DNA from: Candidatus Eiseniibacteriota bacterium
GTDB taxonomy: Bacteria; Joyebacterota; Joyebacteria; Joyebacterales; Joyebacteraceae
DNA length: 43,145 bases
Assembly: GCA_043819135.1 (NCBI GenBank)
Contig: JBDRFG010000119.1
Span: 1 to 43,145, forward strand
Direction: 5' to 3'
The notes below the pieces were generated by a model. It saw only the letters and a program-made list of their open reading frames with translations, had not been told where the DNA came from and ran no database searches. Both the position numbers and the translations under genes were made by a program. This document shows, piece by piece, positions 27,713 to 36,498 of the stretch (positions are counted from its first letter, which is position 1; each line of letters begins with the position of its first letter).

Positions 27713-28627
27713 ATGAGGCTCGTGGAATGCGTTCCGAATTTCAGCGAGGGCAGGCGCCCTGAGGTGCTGGACGCCATCGTCGGCGAGATGACGTCCGTAG
27801 ACGGTGTGAGGCTCCTGGACAGAGAAATGGACGCCGACCACAACAGGGCCGTCGTGACGATAGTCGGGGAACCCGAGGCCGTGTTGGAGGGAGTGTTTCG
27901 AGGCATGGCGAAGGCCAGCGAGCTCATTGATCTGACGAAGCATGAGGGCGAGCACCCGCGCATGGGGGCGACCGACGTCGTGCCGTTCGTGCCCGTCAAG
28001 GGCGTCACGATGGCCGACTGCGTAGAACTGGCCAGGCGACTTGCCGAGCGCGTGGGTCGTGAACTCGAGATACCGGTCTTCCTCTACGAGGCCGCCTGCA
28101 CGCGGCCAGAGCGCCAGAACCTCGCGAACGTGAGGAAGGGGCAGTTCGAGGGCCTGTGCGAGGAGATAGGAACGAACCCGGCGAAGGAGCCCGACTGCGG
28201 GCCGAACTGCATCCACCCGACCGCCGGAGCCACGGCCATAGGCGCCCGGCCCTTCCTCGTGGCCTACAACATCAACCTCGGCACCGCCGACGTGGCCATC
28301 GCGAAGTCCATCGCCAAGGCGATCAGGCACTCGAACGGCGGCCTCCGGCACGTCAAGGCGATGGGATTCGCGATCAAGGACCGCGGCATCGTCCAGGTCT
28401 CCATCAACATGGTCAACTTCAAAGGAACGCCTCTGTTTCGCGCCTTCGAGATGGTCAAGAGCGAGGCCGAACGCTACGGCGTGCCGGTCATCGGCAGCGA
28501 GGTCGTAGGGCTCGTGCCGGCCGACGCGCTGGTGGACTGCGCTGAATTCTACCTGAGGCTCGAGAACTTCAAGAGGGACCAGGTGCTGGAGAACCGCCTT
28601 TCATCGGACGACGGGAGCGACGAATGA
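27713..28627 (+). CDS. ftcD: Glutamate formiminotransferase
   Basis: LVECVPNFSEGR, D.DHNRAV.T, IDL..H.GEHPRMGATDV.PF.P, R.G.FEGL, GAR..LVAYN.NL, QVSIN. Confidence 0.95.
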   Translation: MRLVECVPNFSEGRRPEVLDAIVGEMTSVDGVRLLDREMDADHNRAVVTIVGEPEAVLEGVFRGMAKASELIDLTKHEGEHPRMGATDVVPFVPVKGVTMADCVELARRLAERVGRELEIPVFLYEAACTRPERQNLANVRKGQFEGLCEEIGTNPAKEPDCGPNCIHPTAGATAIGARPFLVAYNINLGTADVAIAKSIAKAIRHSNGGLRHVKAMGFAIKDRGIVQVSINMVNFKGTPLFRAFEMVKSEAERYGVPVIGSEVVGLVPADALVDCAEFYLRLENFKRDQVLENRLSSDDGSDE

Positions 28628-29250
28628 CAGATCTGAGCGGGTTTCTGGGAGAGCTGGCGTCCGATTCGCCGACTCCGGGAGGCGGAAGCGTGGCGGCGCT
28701 GTGCGGCGCCCTCGGTGCCTCGCTGAACTCGATGGTCGCCAACCTGACCATAGGGAAGAAGAAGTACGCGGACGTCGAAGAGGACATGAAAAGGACGCTC
28801 GGGGGAACGGAGACGCTGCGGCTCGAGCTGGCGCAGATGATCGAGGAGGACGCGGCCGCGTTCGACAAGGTCATGGTGGCGCTCAAGATGCCGAAGGAGA
28901 CCGACCAACAGAAGGCATCACGGAAGGTGGCTCTTCAGCAGGCGCTGGTAGATGCGGCCACGGTGCCTCTCGCCGTGATGGAGATGTGCGTCGGCGTCAT
29001 CAGGCTGGCTGGTCCGGTCGCCGAGCGCGGGAACGTCAACGCCGTGTCGGACGCGGGCGTCGCCGCCCTTGTGGGGCGCGCTGGAGCGCACGCGGCGGGA
29101 CTGAACGTCCTGATCAACCTGGGTGGTATCCGCGCCCCCGAGCACCAGGTGTTCGTCGAGAAGGCAAGGGCCGCGATCGCCGACCTCGGCCGTGAGGCGG
29201 ACGCCGGCTGCGATGAGGTCATGGCGATCGTGCTCCCGAAGGTCTCCTAG
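28624..29250 (+). CDS. Formiminotetrahydrofolate cyclodeaminase
   Basis: LASDSPTPGGGSVAAL.GALGA.L..MVANLT.GKKKY, D..AF..VM.A.KMPK, GN.NAVSDAGV, NV.INL. ATGA overlap with the formiminotransferase. Confidence 0.93.
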   Translation: MTDLSGFLGELASDSPTPGGGSVAALCGALGASLNSMVANLTIGKKKYADVEEDMKRTLGGTETLRLELAQMIEEDAAAFDKVMVALKMPKETDQQKASRKVALQQALVDAATVPLAVMEMCVGVIRLAGPVAERGNVNAVSDAGVAALVGRAGAHAAGLNVLINLGGIRAPEHQVFVEKARAAIADLGREADAGCDEVMAIVLPKVS

Positions 29251-29267
29251 GAAAGGGAGGATTCGCT

Positions 29268-29735
29268 TTGCGACGACTCACACGACGGTCATCAGCGCGG
29301 CTCCGGGCGCCTGCGACGGCTCTGGCGGTGGCCGTGTTCTTCGTTCTCGCCGGCTGCTCCTGTCGCGTGCCGGAGCCGGCGGCGGATGAGACCGAGATGA
29401 CCTGCTCCACGGACGAGCAGCCGATGAGTTCGCTCGATCTGATAGACGCGGCGGTCAGGTCGGGTGCGCTGGAGTATTCGACCGGACTTCTGTACAAGGT
29501 CTACACGATGTTCGAGCCCGAGAGCATTCCTCCGGAATTCGCGAGCGACGTGCCGGCCAAGTGCGGCACTCCGCTGATCTCGGAGGTTCAGCGCAACTGG
29601 AATCTGCTCTCGCAGGACGTTCAGGCCGAGGTAGGGCGCTACATAGAACCCATCGGCATGCCCGGCGAGACGGACACTCAGCTTGATGACGTCACTCCGG
29701 ACCGTCTCGACAATGAGCGAGAAAAACTTGACTGA
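29268..29735 (+). CDS. Small lipoprotein resembling a metalloprotease propeptide (KCGTP motif)
   Basis: Strong AAGGGAGG RBS with TTG start; Arg-rich n-region, hydrophobic h-region, lipobox LAGC (Cys codon 29355-29357); helical domain LIDAA...G.L.Y...LLY.VY..F.PE..P.EF.SDVPAKCGTP. Confidence 0.7.
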   Translation: MRRLTRRSSARLRAPATALAVAVFFVLAGCSCRVPEPAADETEMTCSTDEQPMSSLDLIDAAVRSGALEYSTGLLYKVYTMFEPESIPPEFASDVPAKCGTPLISEVQRNWNLLSQDVQAEVGRYIEPIGMPGETDTQLDDVTPDRLDNEREKLD

Positions 29736-30420
29736 CCCGGGGAGCACCGGTCGCGTGTTCTGGACCTCGGAGACGGCCGCCACGGCCATCTTCGTCGCTT
29801 TGGCGGCGGCGCTGGGTTTCCTTCTCCTGTCCGTGCCGAACGTTGAGCTCGTGACGTTCACGGTTTTCGCCTCTGGCGTGGTACTGGGCTGCTGGCGCGG
29901 AGCGCTGGTCGGCGTCCTCGCTATGGCCATCTATTCCGCGGCCAATCCCTACGGCTCGGGACTCGGCGTCCCGACCATGTTCGTGGCCCAGCTGGCGGCC
30001 TCGGCCTTCACGGGGATGATGGGTGGCGTCGCGGCTCCACTGTGGCGGGGCCGCGCTGGAGGACGATCCCAGGGTCCGACCGCGCGGTTTGACGTGCGCG
30101 CGACCGGCCGCGCCGTCACCGGCCGGCGGGGCCTGCCGCTTCTCGCGGGCGGCATCGGATTCACGCTGACCGCGGTCTACCAGACCGGCGTCATCGTCGG
30201 ACTGGCCGCGATGAGCCCGGAGTTCCGCACCGGCGCGCTGGCCGTGCTTCTCTCGAACGCCTTCTTCTCCGGCATTCATCTCGTGTCCAACACGATCGTG
30301 TTCGCCGTGCTGGCGCCGACGGTCCTTCAGAGGGTCGTGCGGCTGGCCGGCTCCCACCTGTCGCAAGCTCGCGGGGGGCCGCCGACGCTCGCGTCGGGCG
30401 CCGATGGAGGGAACGGATGA
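29713..30420 (+). CDS. ECF transporter substrate-specific (S) component, CbrT-like
   Basis: About 6 TM helices; A..A...A pattern in helix 1; PNVELVTFTVF.SG...G, NPYG, H.VSN..F. Start uncertain (29713 or 29728). Confidence 0.75.
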   Translation: MSEKNLTDPGSTGRVFWTSETAATAIFVALAAALGFLLLSVPNVELVTFTVFASGVVLGCWRGALVGVLAMAIYSAANPYGSGLGVPTMFVAQLAASAFTGMMGGVAAPLWRGRAGGRSQGPTARFDVRATGRAVTGRRGLPLLAGGIGFTLTAVYQTGVIVGLAAMSPEFRTGALAVLLSNAFFSGIHLVSNTIVFAVLAPTVLQRVVRLAGSHLSQARGGPPTLASGADGGNG

Positions 30421-32291
30421 CACTCGGTGGACGCCACGTCTCTCTCTCTGTTCTGGTGGTGGTCCTGACGGCGGTCGCGCTGACGGCGGCCTCACCGGCA
30501 CGGGCGGACGAGACCGAGCCTGCGCCACTCGCTCACGCCGGGGCCGACTCGGTGACCTCGCCGGAGGAGGAGGTCCCGCGGGAATCTCCTCCGGGTGGCG
30601 ACGTCAGACGCGTGGGCGTCTCGGGGATGGACGCCGTTGTGGCGTTGCCCCCTGGCGTCAGGCGCGTCGGGAGTGGATGGGACGGACACCGCGCCTCGTT
30701 CGCGCGCGGAGTGCTCCCTGCCGCACTGACGGAGGTGACGCTGCGAGGCCGCAGGGCGGCGGACTGGATCGACGGAGGTCTCGACCTTCTTGCCGTCGGC
30801 ACGCCCGCCGCGGGCGTGCTTCTGGTTCCGGCGGGCCATGATCTCTCTGTCTGGCCCGTCTTGACGGCGGAGTGGCCGGATGTTCTTCTCGGCGGCGCCG
30901 CGCCGCTCGCCGTCGACCTGAGACCGCTGCGCAGGCCGGCGACGGTCCCCTTCTCGCGCCTGACGGCGGCGTCCGGACCCTTCGGGCGGTCGCTCCTCGG
31001 GGCCGAGTTCGGCAGAGGCTACTCCGGCGGCAGCGCCCTCACGGGCTTCTTCGAAACGGAGGACGGCCGGGCTCCGTCGGCCGGAGGGAGCTACGGGATC
31101 GACCGCGCAGGCGGGTCGGCGCTGCTGGACCTGTCTGGTGGGTGGACCGCGGAAGTCGGTGGCGTGAGAGTAGCGCTGGACCGCTCGCGTCCCACGCCGG
31201 ACGTCTCGGTTCCCTCGCTCACGAGGGAGTACGTCCGCACCGACCTCTTCGCACGGGGTTTCGCGGAGCGCGTCCGTCTGGAGATCTTCCACACGCAGTC
31301 GTGGCTCGAGTCCGTTTCGTTCGGTGGCGAGGCCCGGGCGGAGGTTGACGGGCTCTCTGCGGGGCTCCGCCAAGTCGGACCGGTCGACGCCGTCAGGCTC
31401 CAGCTGGAGCGCCGCGCCGTGTCAGGCGGCCTCCTGTCGGAAGCGCAGGAAGAGACGGGCTTCCACGCGGAGGTCGCGGATACGCTCCGGATGGGAACGA
31501 ACTCGGTCTCGGTGATACTGGGCGCGCACGTGCTGGGCGATGACGTCGTTCCTCAAGCGAGCGCCGCGGTGACGGGCGAGCGTTCCCGGCCCGACCTCTG
31601 GAGGTTCGAGGTGTCGCTCTGGGGGCGCCACCCCACCGCGCTCGAGCGGGCGCTTGCGCCGAGGCCGCTGTCGGGAACGAACGGGAACGCGGGTCAGATC
31701 GGCGGAAGCCGGCTGGTCGGGCCCGAGCGCGCGGTGGCCATGAGCGCGACCTACGTGAGGCGCGACCTGCTCGCGGGCGTCGGCGCCCGCGGTGAACTCG
31801 TTCGCGTGGTCGGTCCGATCGCTCTCGACGAGTACGAGGCCTTGCGCTTCGTGCCGGCGAACGCCGCCGATGAGACGGGTGGAGTTCTGTCGGTCTGGGC
31901 CGCTGCCGGCGACACGTCCGGCCCGAGCGGCGGCTTCGACGTTTCTTTCCTCGGCCTCGATGCGGAGGGCGCGCTGAACGGTCTGACCCCGGTTCCGTCC
32001 GTTGCGGCCCGCGCCAGTGCATCCATGCCCTTCGGGCTCTTCGAGGACTACCTGCGGACGCGCGTCACGGCGGCGCTGGAATTCGAGTACGGTCTGGCGC
32101 GAGGCCCGTGGAGCGGACTCATCGATGACGCCCGCGCGTCCGTGTCGCTGGTCGTCACGGGCGCGGTCGGTTCAGCGCGTCTCTTCGTCGCTCTGGACGA
32201 CGTCCTGGCCGGCGACCACGCGCGCGTTCCCGGCATGGAACCTGGCGGCACAACGCTCGCGGCCGGCTTCTCCTGGTGCTTCCGCGACTGA
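30417..32291 (+). CDS. Outer-membrane beta-barrel, putative-porin-like with a degenerate TonB-type plug region
   Basis: Signal peptide (..SPARA/DE); plug-like LPPGV..G.G...SF.RG....V.L.GR...D..DG.LDL; PFSRL....G.FG; amphipathic strands; C-terminus AGFSWCFRD resembles the G.SW.F.D ends of putative porins. Confidence 0.6.
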   Translation: MTLGGRHVSLSVLVVVLTAVALTAASPARADETEPAPLAHAGADSVTSPEEEVPRESPPGGDVRRVGVSGMDAVVALPPGVRRVGSGWDGHRASFARGVLPAALTEVTLRGRRAADWIDGGLDLLAVGTPAAGVLLVPAGHDLSVWPVLTAEWPDVLLGGAAPLAVDLRPLRRPATVPFSRLTAASGPFGRSLLGAEFGRGYSGGSALTGFFETEDGRAPSAGGSYGIDRAGGSALLDLSGGWTAEVGGVRVALDRSRPTPDVSVPSLTREYVRTDLFARGFAERVRLEIFHTQSWLESVSFGGEARAEVDGLSAGLRQVGPVDAVRLQLERRAVSGGLLSEAQEETGFHAEVADTLRMGTNSVSVILGAHVLGDDVVPQASAAVTGERSRPDLWRFEVSLWGRHPTALERALAPRPLSGTNGNAGQIGGSRLVGPERAVAMSATYVRRDLLAGVGARGELVRVVGPIALDEYEALRFVPANAADETGGVLSVWAAAGDTSGPSGGFDVSFLGLDAEGALNGLTPVPSVAARASASMPFGLFEDYLRTRVTAALEFEYGLARGPWSGLIDDARASVSLVVTGAVGSARLFVALDDVLAGDHARVPGMEPGGTTLAAGFSWCFRD

Positions 32292-32351
32292 CAATCCCCT
32301 CTCTGATATGTCACCCCTGTGCGGGCAAATGACGGATTTCGATAACTTGGT

Positions 32352-32380
32352 TTGCATTGCGTTTTGCAATACGTTAGATT
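32352..32380 (+). promoter_or_regulatory. Sigma70-type promoter upstream of comEA, with an overlapping inverted repeat
   Basis: TTGCAT (32352-57), 17-nt spacer, TAGATT (32375-80) in the most AT-rich intergenic region; ATTGC-GTTTT-GCAAT dyad at 32356-32370; AGGGAGG RBS at ~32394-32400. Confidence 0.55.
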
Positions 32381-32405
32381 CTAGGCTCCGGGTAGGGAGG
32401 ATGGG

Positions 32406-32828
32406 ATGAGGGGCATATTCACGCGCGAGGAGCGCGCCGTTGTGTTGTTCCTGGCAGTGTCGCTGCTGGTCGGGTCCGCGGTGGTGCAGGCTCGGAGGGT
32501 GTTCCCCTCGAGTGTCGCGGACTTCGGCGGTACGTCCGAGCCGCCCGGACGCGCGCCCGCGCTCGTCGAGCGGCCGACGGGCCCGGTCGATGTGAACACC
32601 GCGGGTGTCGACGAGCTGGTTCGCCTGCCGGGCGTTGGCCCGGTGAGGGCCAGGGAGATAGTTCGGCAGCGCACACTCCGCGGGGGCTACTCGTCGCTGG
32701 ACGAACTGCTTGACGTCAGGGGCATCGGCCCGGTGACCCTTGAGAAGCTAAGGGGCGAGGCGACGGTCGGCGCGGGCGTGGCGTCGACGGCCGACTCGCT
32801 CCGGACGACCGCCGAGCCAGGGTCGTAG
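32406..32828 (+). CDS. comEA: ComEA-family helix-hairpin-helix DNA-binding protein
   Basis: N-terminal FT.EER plus TM anchor; VDVNTA...EL..LPGVGP.RA.EIV..R...G.Y.S.DELL.VRGIGP.TLEKL. Confidence 0.9.
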   Translation: MRGIFTREERAVVLFLAVSLLVGSAVVQARRVFPSSVADFGGTSEPPGRAPALVERPTGPVDVNTAGVDELVRLPGVGPVRAREIVRQRTLRGGYSSLDELLDVRGIGPVTLEKLRGEATVGAGVASTADSLRTTAEPGS

Positions 32829-32859
32829 TCCGCTCCGCGGGCTACCGGAGGATCAATTC

Positions 32860-34473
32860 GTGAGAGAGAACTTCCCACGGACCAGAACGGTCATCTTCGC
32901 GAGACTGCTCGTGGCCGTCGCAGTCGTTCTGACCACCTTCGTTGCCGGCTCGAGCGTGGCTCGCCCCGCGATCGTGATCCTGGGCATCATAGCCGGGGCT
33001 CTCTCCGCGGTGTACCTGCTCTGGAACGCGACGGGGTTGCATCCACGCCTGCTCCTGCTGGTTCAGTGCGCGGCCGACGTAGTCTTCATTACACTTCTTG
33101 CTCACTTCTCAGGGGGGCTCGCCAGCCCGTTCAAGCTCCTCTATTTCCTACCTGTTATCGTTGCCGCCGGAAGACTCGGCCTCGGCGGAGGCCTCGCCGT
33201 GGCCGGCGGGGCGGCGGCCGGTCACATACTGCTGGCCGCGACCGGTCCGTCATCACTGAGCTACCTGCTCGAGTCGGGCGCCGTCGCCGAGATCGTGATA
33301 CTGCTCATCTCGCTGCTTCTTGTCGCGTTGCTCGAGGGGCATCTCGCGCGAAAGGCGGGGGAGAGCGAGGAGAAGCTCGAGGTCACGCGCTCGGAACTCG
33401 ACACGGCCGAGCTCAGGATCGCGGAGATCCTCGACGGCATCAGCAGCGGGCTCGCGCTCATCGACAGCGCCGGCTCCGTCGCCTATCTGAACAGGGCCGG
33501 CGGGAAGATCCTCGGTATCTCCGAAGAGGGGACGCGGGGGCGCGAATACAGGCTCGTGTTCGCCGACGTGCCCGCCTTCTGCGAGCGGATATCGGCCGCG
33601 CTGGACGCGGGCCGTCCGGAAGCGAGAGTGGAGTTCTTCGTCAAGGGCAGGGACGGCGGCAGCACGCCCGTCGGCCTGTCGACCTCGATACTGCGTGGTG
33701 GCGGGGGTGAGGAAAGAGGCGTGATCGCCATCTTCCAGGATCTGACGGAGGCCCGTCATATGGAGGAACGGCTTCGCCACGACGATCGGCTATCCGCGCT
33801 CGGCGAGTTCGCCGCCGGCGTCGCGCACGAGATACGGAATCCTCTGTACGCGATAAGGGGATCCATCGACCTCTTGAAGGAGACGATCGAGCCGAAGGGC
33901 GACGAGGTCAGACTCATGGAGCTTGTGTCTCGCGAGGCCGACAGGCTCAACACGCTCCTTCAGGAGGTGCTGCAGTATGGCAGGATGGAGTCGGGCGAGC
34001 GCGAGAGCGTACGGCTCGACGCGCTCGTTCGCGAGGTCGCCGAGCTTGCCCGCCGGCATCCGGCGATGACACCGACGACGGAGCTTGTCGTCGAAGCGAC
34101 CGACCAGATAGAGGGAGTGGTCAACGCGGAGCAGATAAGGCGGGCGCTGCTCAATCTCACGATCAACGCTCTCGAGGCCGTCGAGGGTGAAGGGAAGGTC
34201 CGTCTGTTGCTCGTCCCGAAGGGCGCCTTCGCGGAGCGCGGGCTCGCGGGTGGGGCGGCCTACGGCGTCGCCTTTGTTGTGGAGGACACGGGCATGGGCA
34301 TTCCCGGCGACAAGAAGGATGAGGTGTTCCAGCCGTTTCGGACCACGAAGAAGGGCGGGACCGGTCTGGGGCTGGCCATAGTGGACAAGACAGTCCAGGC
34401 TCACGGTGGACGGATAGCGGTCGCAAGCGAACCGGGCAAGGGCAGCAGGTTCATCATGTACCTGCCGGTCTAA
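32860..34473 (+). CDS. PilS-like membrane sensor histidine kinase with PAS domain
   Basis: About 6 TM helices with D...IT.L..FSGG..SPF..LY; PAS region (YLNRAG..ILG...IFQDLT); H-box AHEIRNPL; N-box NL..NA; DTG.GI, F.PF.TTK.GGTGLGL. Confidence 0.9.
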   Translation: MRENFPRTRTVIFARLLVAVAVVLTTFVAGSSVARPAIVILGIIAGALSAVYLLWNATGLHPRLLLLVQCAADVVFITLLAHFSGGLASPFKLLYFLPVIVAAGRLGLGGGLAVAGGAAAGHILLAATGPSSLSYLLESGAVAEIVILLISLLLVALLEGHLARKAGESEEKLEVTRSELDTAELRIAEILDGISSGLALIDSAGSVAYLNRAGGKILGISEEGTRGREYRLVFADVPAFCERISAALDAGRPEARVEFFVKGRDGGSTPVGLSTSILRGGGGEERGVIAIFQDLTEARHMEERLRHDDRLSALGEFAAGVAHEIRNPLYAIRGSIDLLKETIEPKGDEVRLMELVSREADRLNTLLQEVLQYGRMESGERESVRLDALVREVAELARRHPAMTPTTELVVEATDQIEGVVNAEQIRRALLNLTINALEAVEGEGKVRLLLVPKGAFAERGLAGGAAYGVAFVVEDTGMGIPGDKKDEVFQPFRTTKKGGTGLGLAIVDKTVQAHGGRIAVASEPGKGSRFIMYLPV

Positions 34474-34518
34474 AGCCCCGGGGGATTCGGGAACCGGAAA
34501 CACGGAAGGAAGTATCAG

Positions 34519-35895
34519 ATGGCAGAAGGCAGGATACTCATCGTCGACGACGAGGACAGCATCAGGGACTATCTTTCGATGATGCTCGAGCGCGAGGGCT
34601 ACGAGGTCTCCGCGAGCGAGGATGGCAAGAAGGCGCTGAAGCTGAACTCCAAGCAGGCCTACGACGTCGTCATCACCGACATACAGCTCCCGGGCATGAG
34701 CGGCATCGACGTCCTGACCACGCTCCATGACACCGATCCAGCGCTTCCAGTCATCATCATCACCGGGCACGCGTCGCAGGAATCGGCGATAGACGCGCTC
34801 AACATGGGTGCGTTCTACTACCTGCTCAAGCCCGTGTCGAACGAGGAGCTGAAGCAGGTCGTGAGAACCGCCCTCGAAGTGCGCCGGCTCAAGGAGGAGA
34901 ACACCGCCCTCGAGCGAGCGCTTCGTCCGACAGGCGAGAGGGAGATGGTGGGGAAGAGCGGGGGGATGGCGTCTGTGTTCGACCTCATCGACCGCGTGGC
35001 CACGACGTCCAGCACCGTGCTGCTCTATGGCGAGAGCGGCACCGGGAAGGAACTGGTTGCCAGGGCCATCCACACGCGCAGCGCCAGGGCCGACAAGCGC
35101 TTCGTGTCCATCAACTGCGGCGCCCTTCCCGAAACGCTTCTCGAGAGCGAGCTCTTCGGGCACGTCAAGGGATCCTTCACCGGGGCCGTGAGGGACAAGC
35201 GCGGGCTCTTCGTCGTTGCGGAGGGAGGGACGTTCTTCCTTGACGAGGTCAGCGAGACCTCGACCGCCATTCAGGTGAAGCTGCTCCGTGTGCTGCAGGA
35301 GCGCGAGGTGGTGCCCGTCGGCGGCACGAAGCCGACGAAGGTGGACGTTCGCGTGGTGGCAGCGACGAACGCGGACCTAGATAAGGCCATCAAGGACGGC
35401 AGGTTCCGCGCTGACCTGTACTACAGACTGAACGTGATACCCATCACGATCCCGCCGCTCAGAGAGCGGAAGGACGATATACCTCTGCTCGTCGATCACT
35501 TCCTGGAGAGGTTCACCGGTGGCGCCAAGCGAGTGTCCGGCAGCGCGATGGAGATCCTCACGAGCTACGACTGGCCGGGGAACGTCAGAGAGCTTGAGAA
35601 CATCATCGAGCGCGCCGTCATTCTCGAGGACGACAACGAGGTGACTGCCGAGAGTCTCAACGTGTCCATTTTCCCCGAGCGCCTGAGGAAGATGGCGCGC
35701 TCCGCCTCCGAGGGGCGGCTTGGGGTCTCAGGAGTGACTCTGGAGGAGCTGGAGCAGCGATACCTGCTGCAGACGCTCGAGGAGACCGGCTGGAAGAAGA
35801 AGAACGCGGCGGAGATCCTTGGGATCAACCCGTCGACTCTCTACCGGAAGCTCCAGCGCTACGGCATGGACGGGGGCGGTGAGGAAGATGAGTGA
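34519..35895 (+). CDS. Sigma54-dependent response regulator (PilR/NtrC family)
   Basis: Receiver domain (VDDE, TDIQLP, K-P); GESGTGKE, ESELFGH.KGSFTGA, FLDEV, R.DLYYRL, WPGNVREL; C-terminal HTH AAEILGI..STLYRKL. Confidence 0.95.
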   Translation: MAEGRILIVDDEDSIRDYLSMMLEREGYEVSASEDGKKALKLNSKQAYDVVITDIQLPGMSGIDVLTTLHDTDPALPVIIITGHASQESAIDALNMGAFYYLLKPVSNEELKQVVRTALEVRRLKEENTALERALRPTGEREMVGKSGGMASVFDLIDRVATTSSTVLLYGESGTGKELVARAIHTRSARADKRFVSINCGALPETLLESELFGHVKGSFTGAVRDKRGLFVVAEGGTFFLDEVSETSTAIQVKLLRVLQEREVVPVGGTKPTKVDVRVVAATNADLDKAIKDGRFRADLYYRLNVIPITIPPLRERKDDIPLLVDHFLERFTGGAKRVSGSAMEILTSYDWPGNVRELENIIERAVILEDDNEVTAESLNVSIFPERLRKMARSASEGRLGVSGVTLEELEQRYLLQTLEETGWKKKNAAEILGINPSTLYRKLQRYGMDGGGEEDE

Positions 35896-35919
35896 TCTCC
35901 GCGGCCCATCGGTCCGCTC

Positions 35920-36498
35920 ATGAGGGTGATAGCCGGGCGACTGAGGGGGTCCGTCATTCGTGTGCCGGCGGGGGGGGCGGTGCGTCCCACGTACGACCGC
36001 GTGCGTGAGTCGGTGTTCTCCATTATTGAGCCCCATCTTGACGGGGCGTCCGTTCTGGACCTCTTCGCCGGCTCCGGCAGTCTGGGCATCGAGAGCCTGT
36101 CCCGTGGCGCGACGTTCGCGACGTTCGTAGAGAAAGACAGGCGCGTTCTGGACGTGATCAGGGAGAACGTGGAGCGCCTCGGCCTGGCGGAGCAGTGCAG
36201 GCTCATCCGTGGCGACGCGCCGGCCGCTCTGGAGCGAGGCGTGCCCGGCGGGCCGTTCGACATCGTGTTCGTCGATCCGCCCTATTCGTCGGGGCTGGCC
36301 GCGAGGACGCTCGAGCTTCTGGCCTCCTCGCCCGTGCTCGCTGCGGAGGCGCTGGTCGTCGTTGAGCGCGCTTCGACCGACACTCCGCAGGAGCGTGCGG
36401 GGCGGCTCGGCCTGTTCAGGTCCGGGAAATACGGTAGTACTGCAGTCGACTTCTATGGGACCCGGGCTAAAGGCGCGGGCCGGGAGGAGGAGACGTGA
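35920..36498 (+). CDS. rsmD: 16S rRNA (guanine966-N2)-methyltransferase
   Basis: MRVIAG..RG, RPT.DRVRES.F, LDLFAGSGSLGIESLSRGA, DPPY; canonical adjacency to coaD. Confidence 0.95.
   Translation: MRVIAGRLRGSVIRVPAGGAVRPTYDRVRESVFSIIEPHLDGASVLDLFAGSGSLGIESLSRGATFATFVEKDRRVLDVIRENVERLGLAEQCRLIRGDAPAALERGVPGGPFDIVFVDPPYSSGLAARTLELLASSPVLAAEALVVVERASTDTPQERAGRLGLFRSGKYGSTAVDFYGTRAKGAGREEET

Noticed and set aside
32345..32370. Possible sigma54 -24/-12 promoter (TGG...TTGC) upstream of comEA
   Set aside because: GG-to-GC spacing is not the required 10 nt; a sigma70 17-nt spacing fits better.
35170..35190. GSFTGA instead of GAFTGA as a sign of an inactive sigma54 activator
   Set aside because: GSFTGA is a common functional variant among enhancer-binding proteins.
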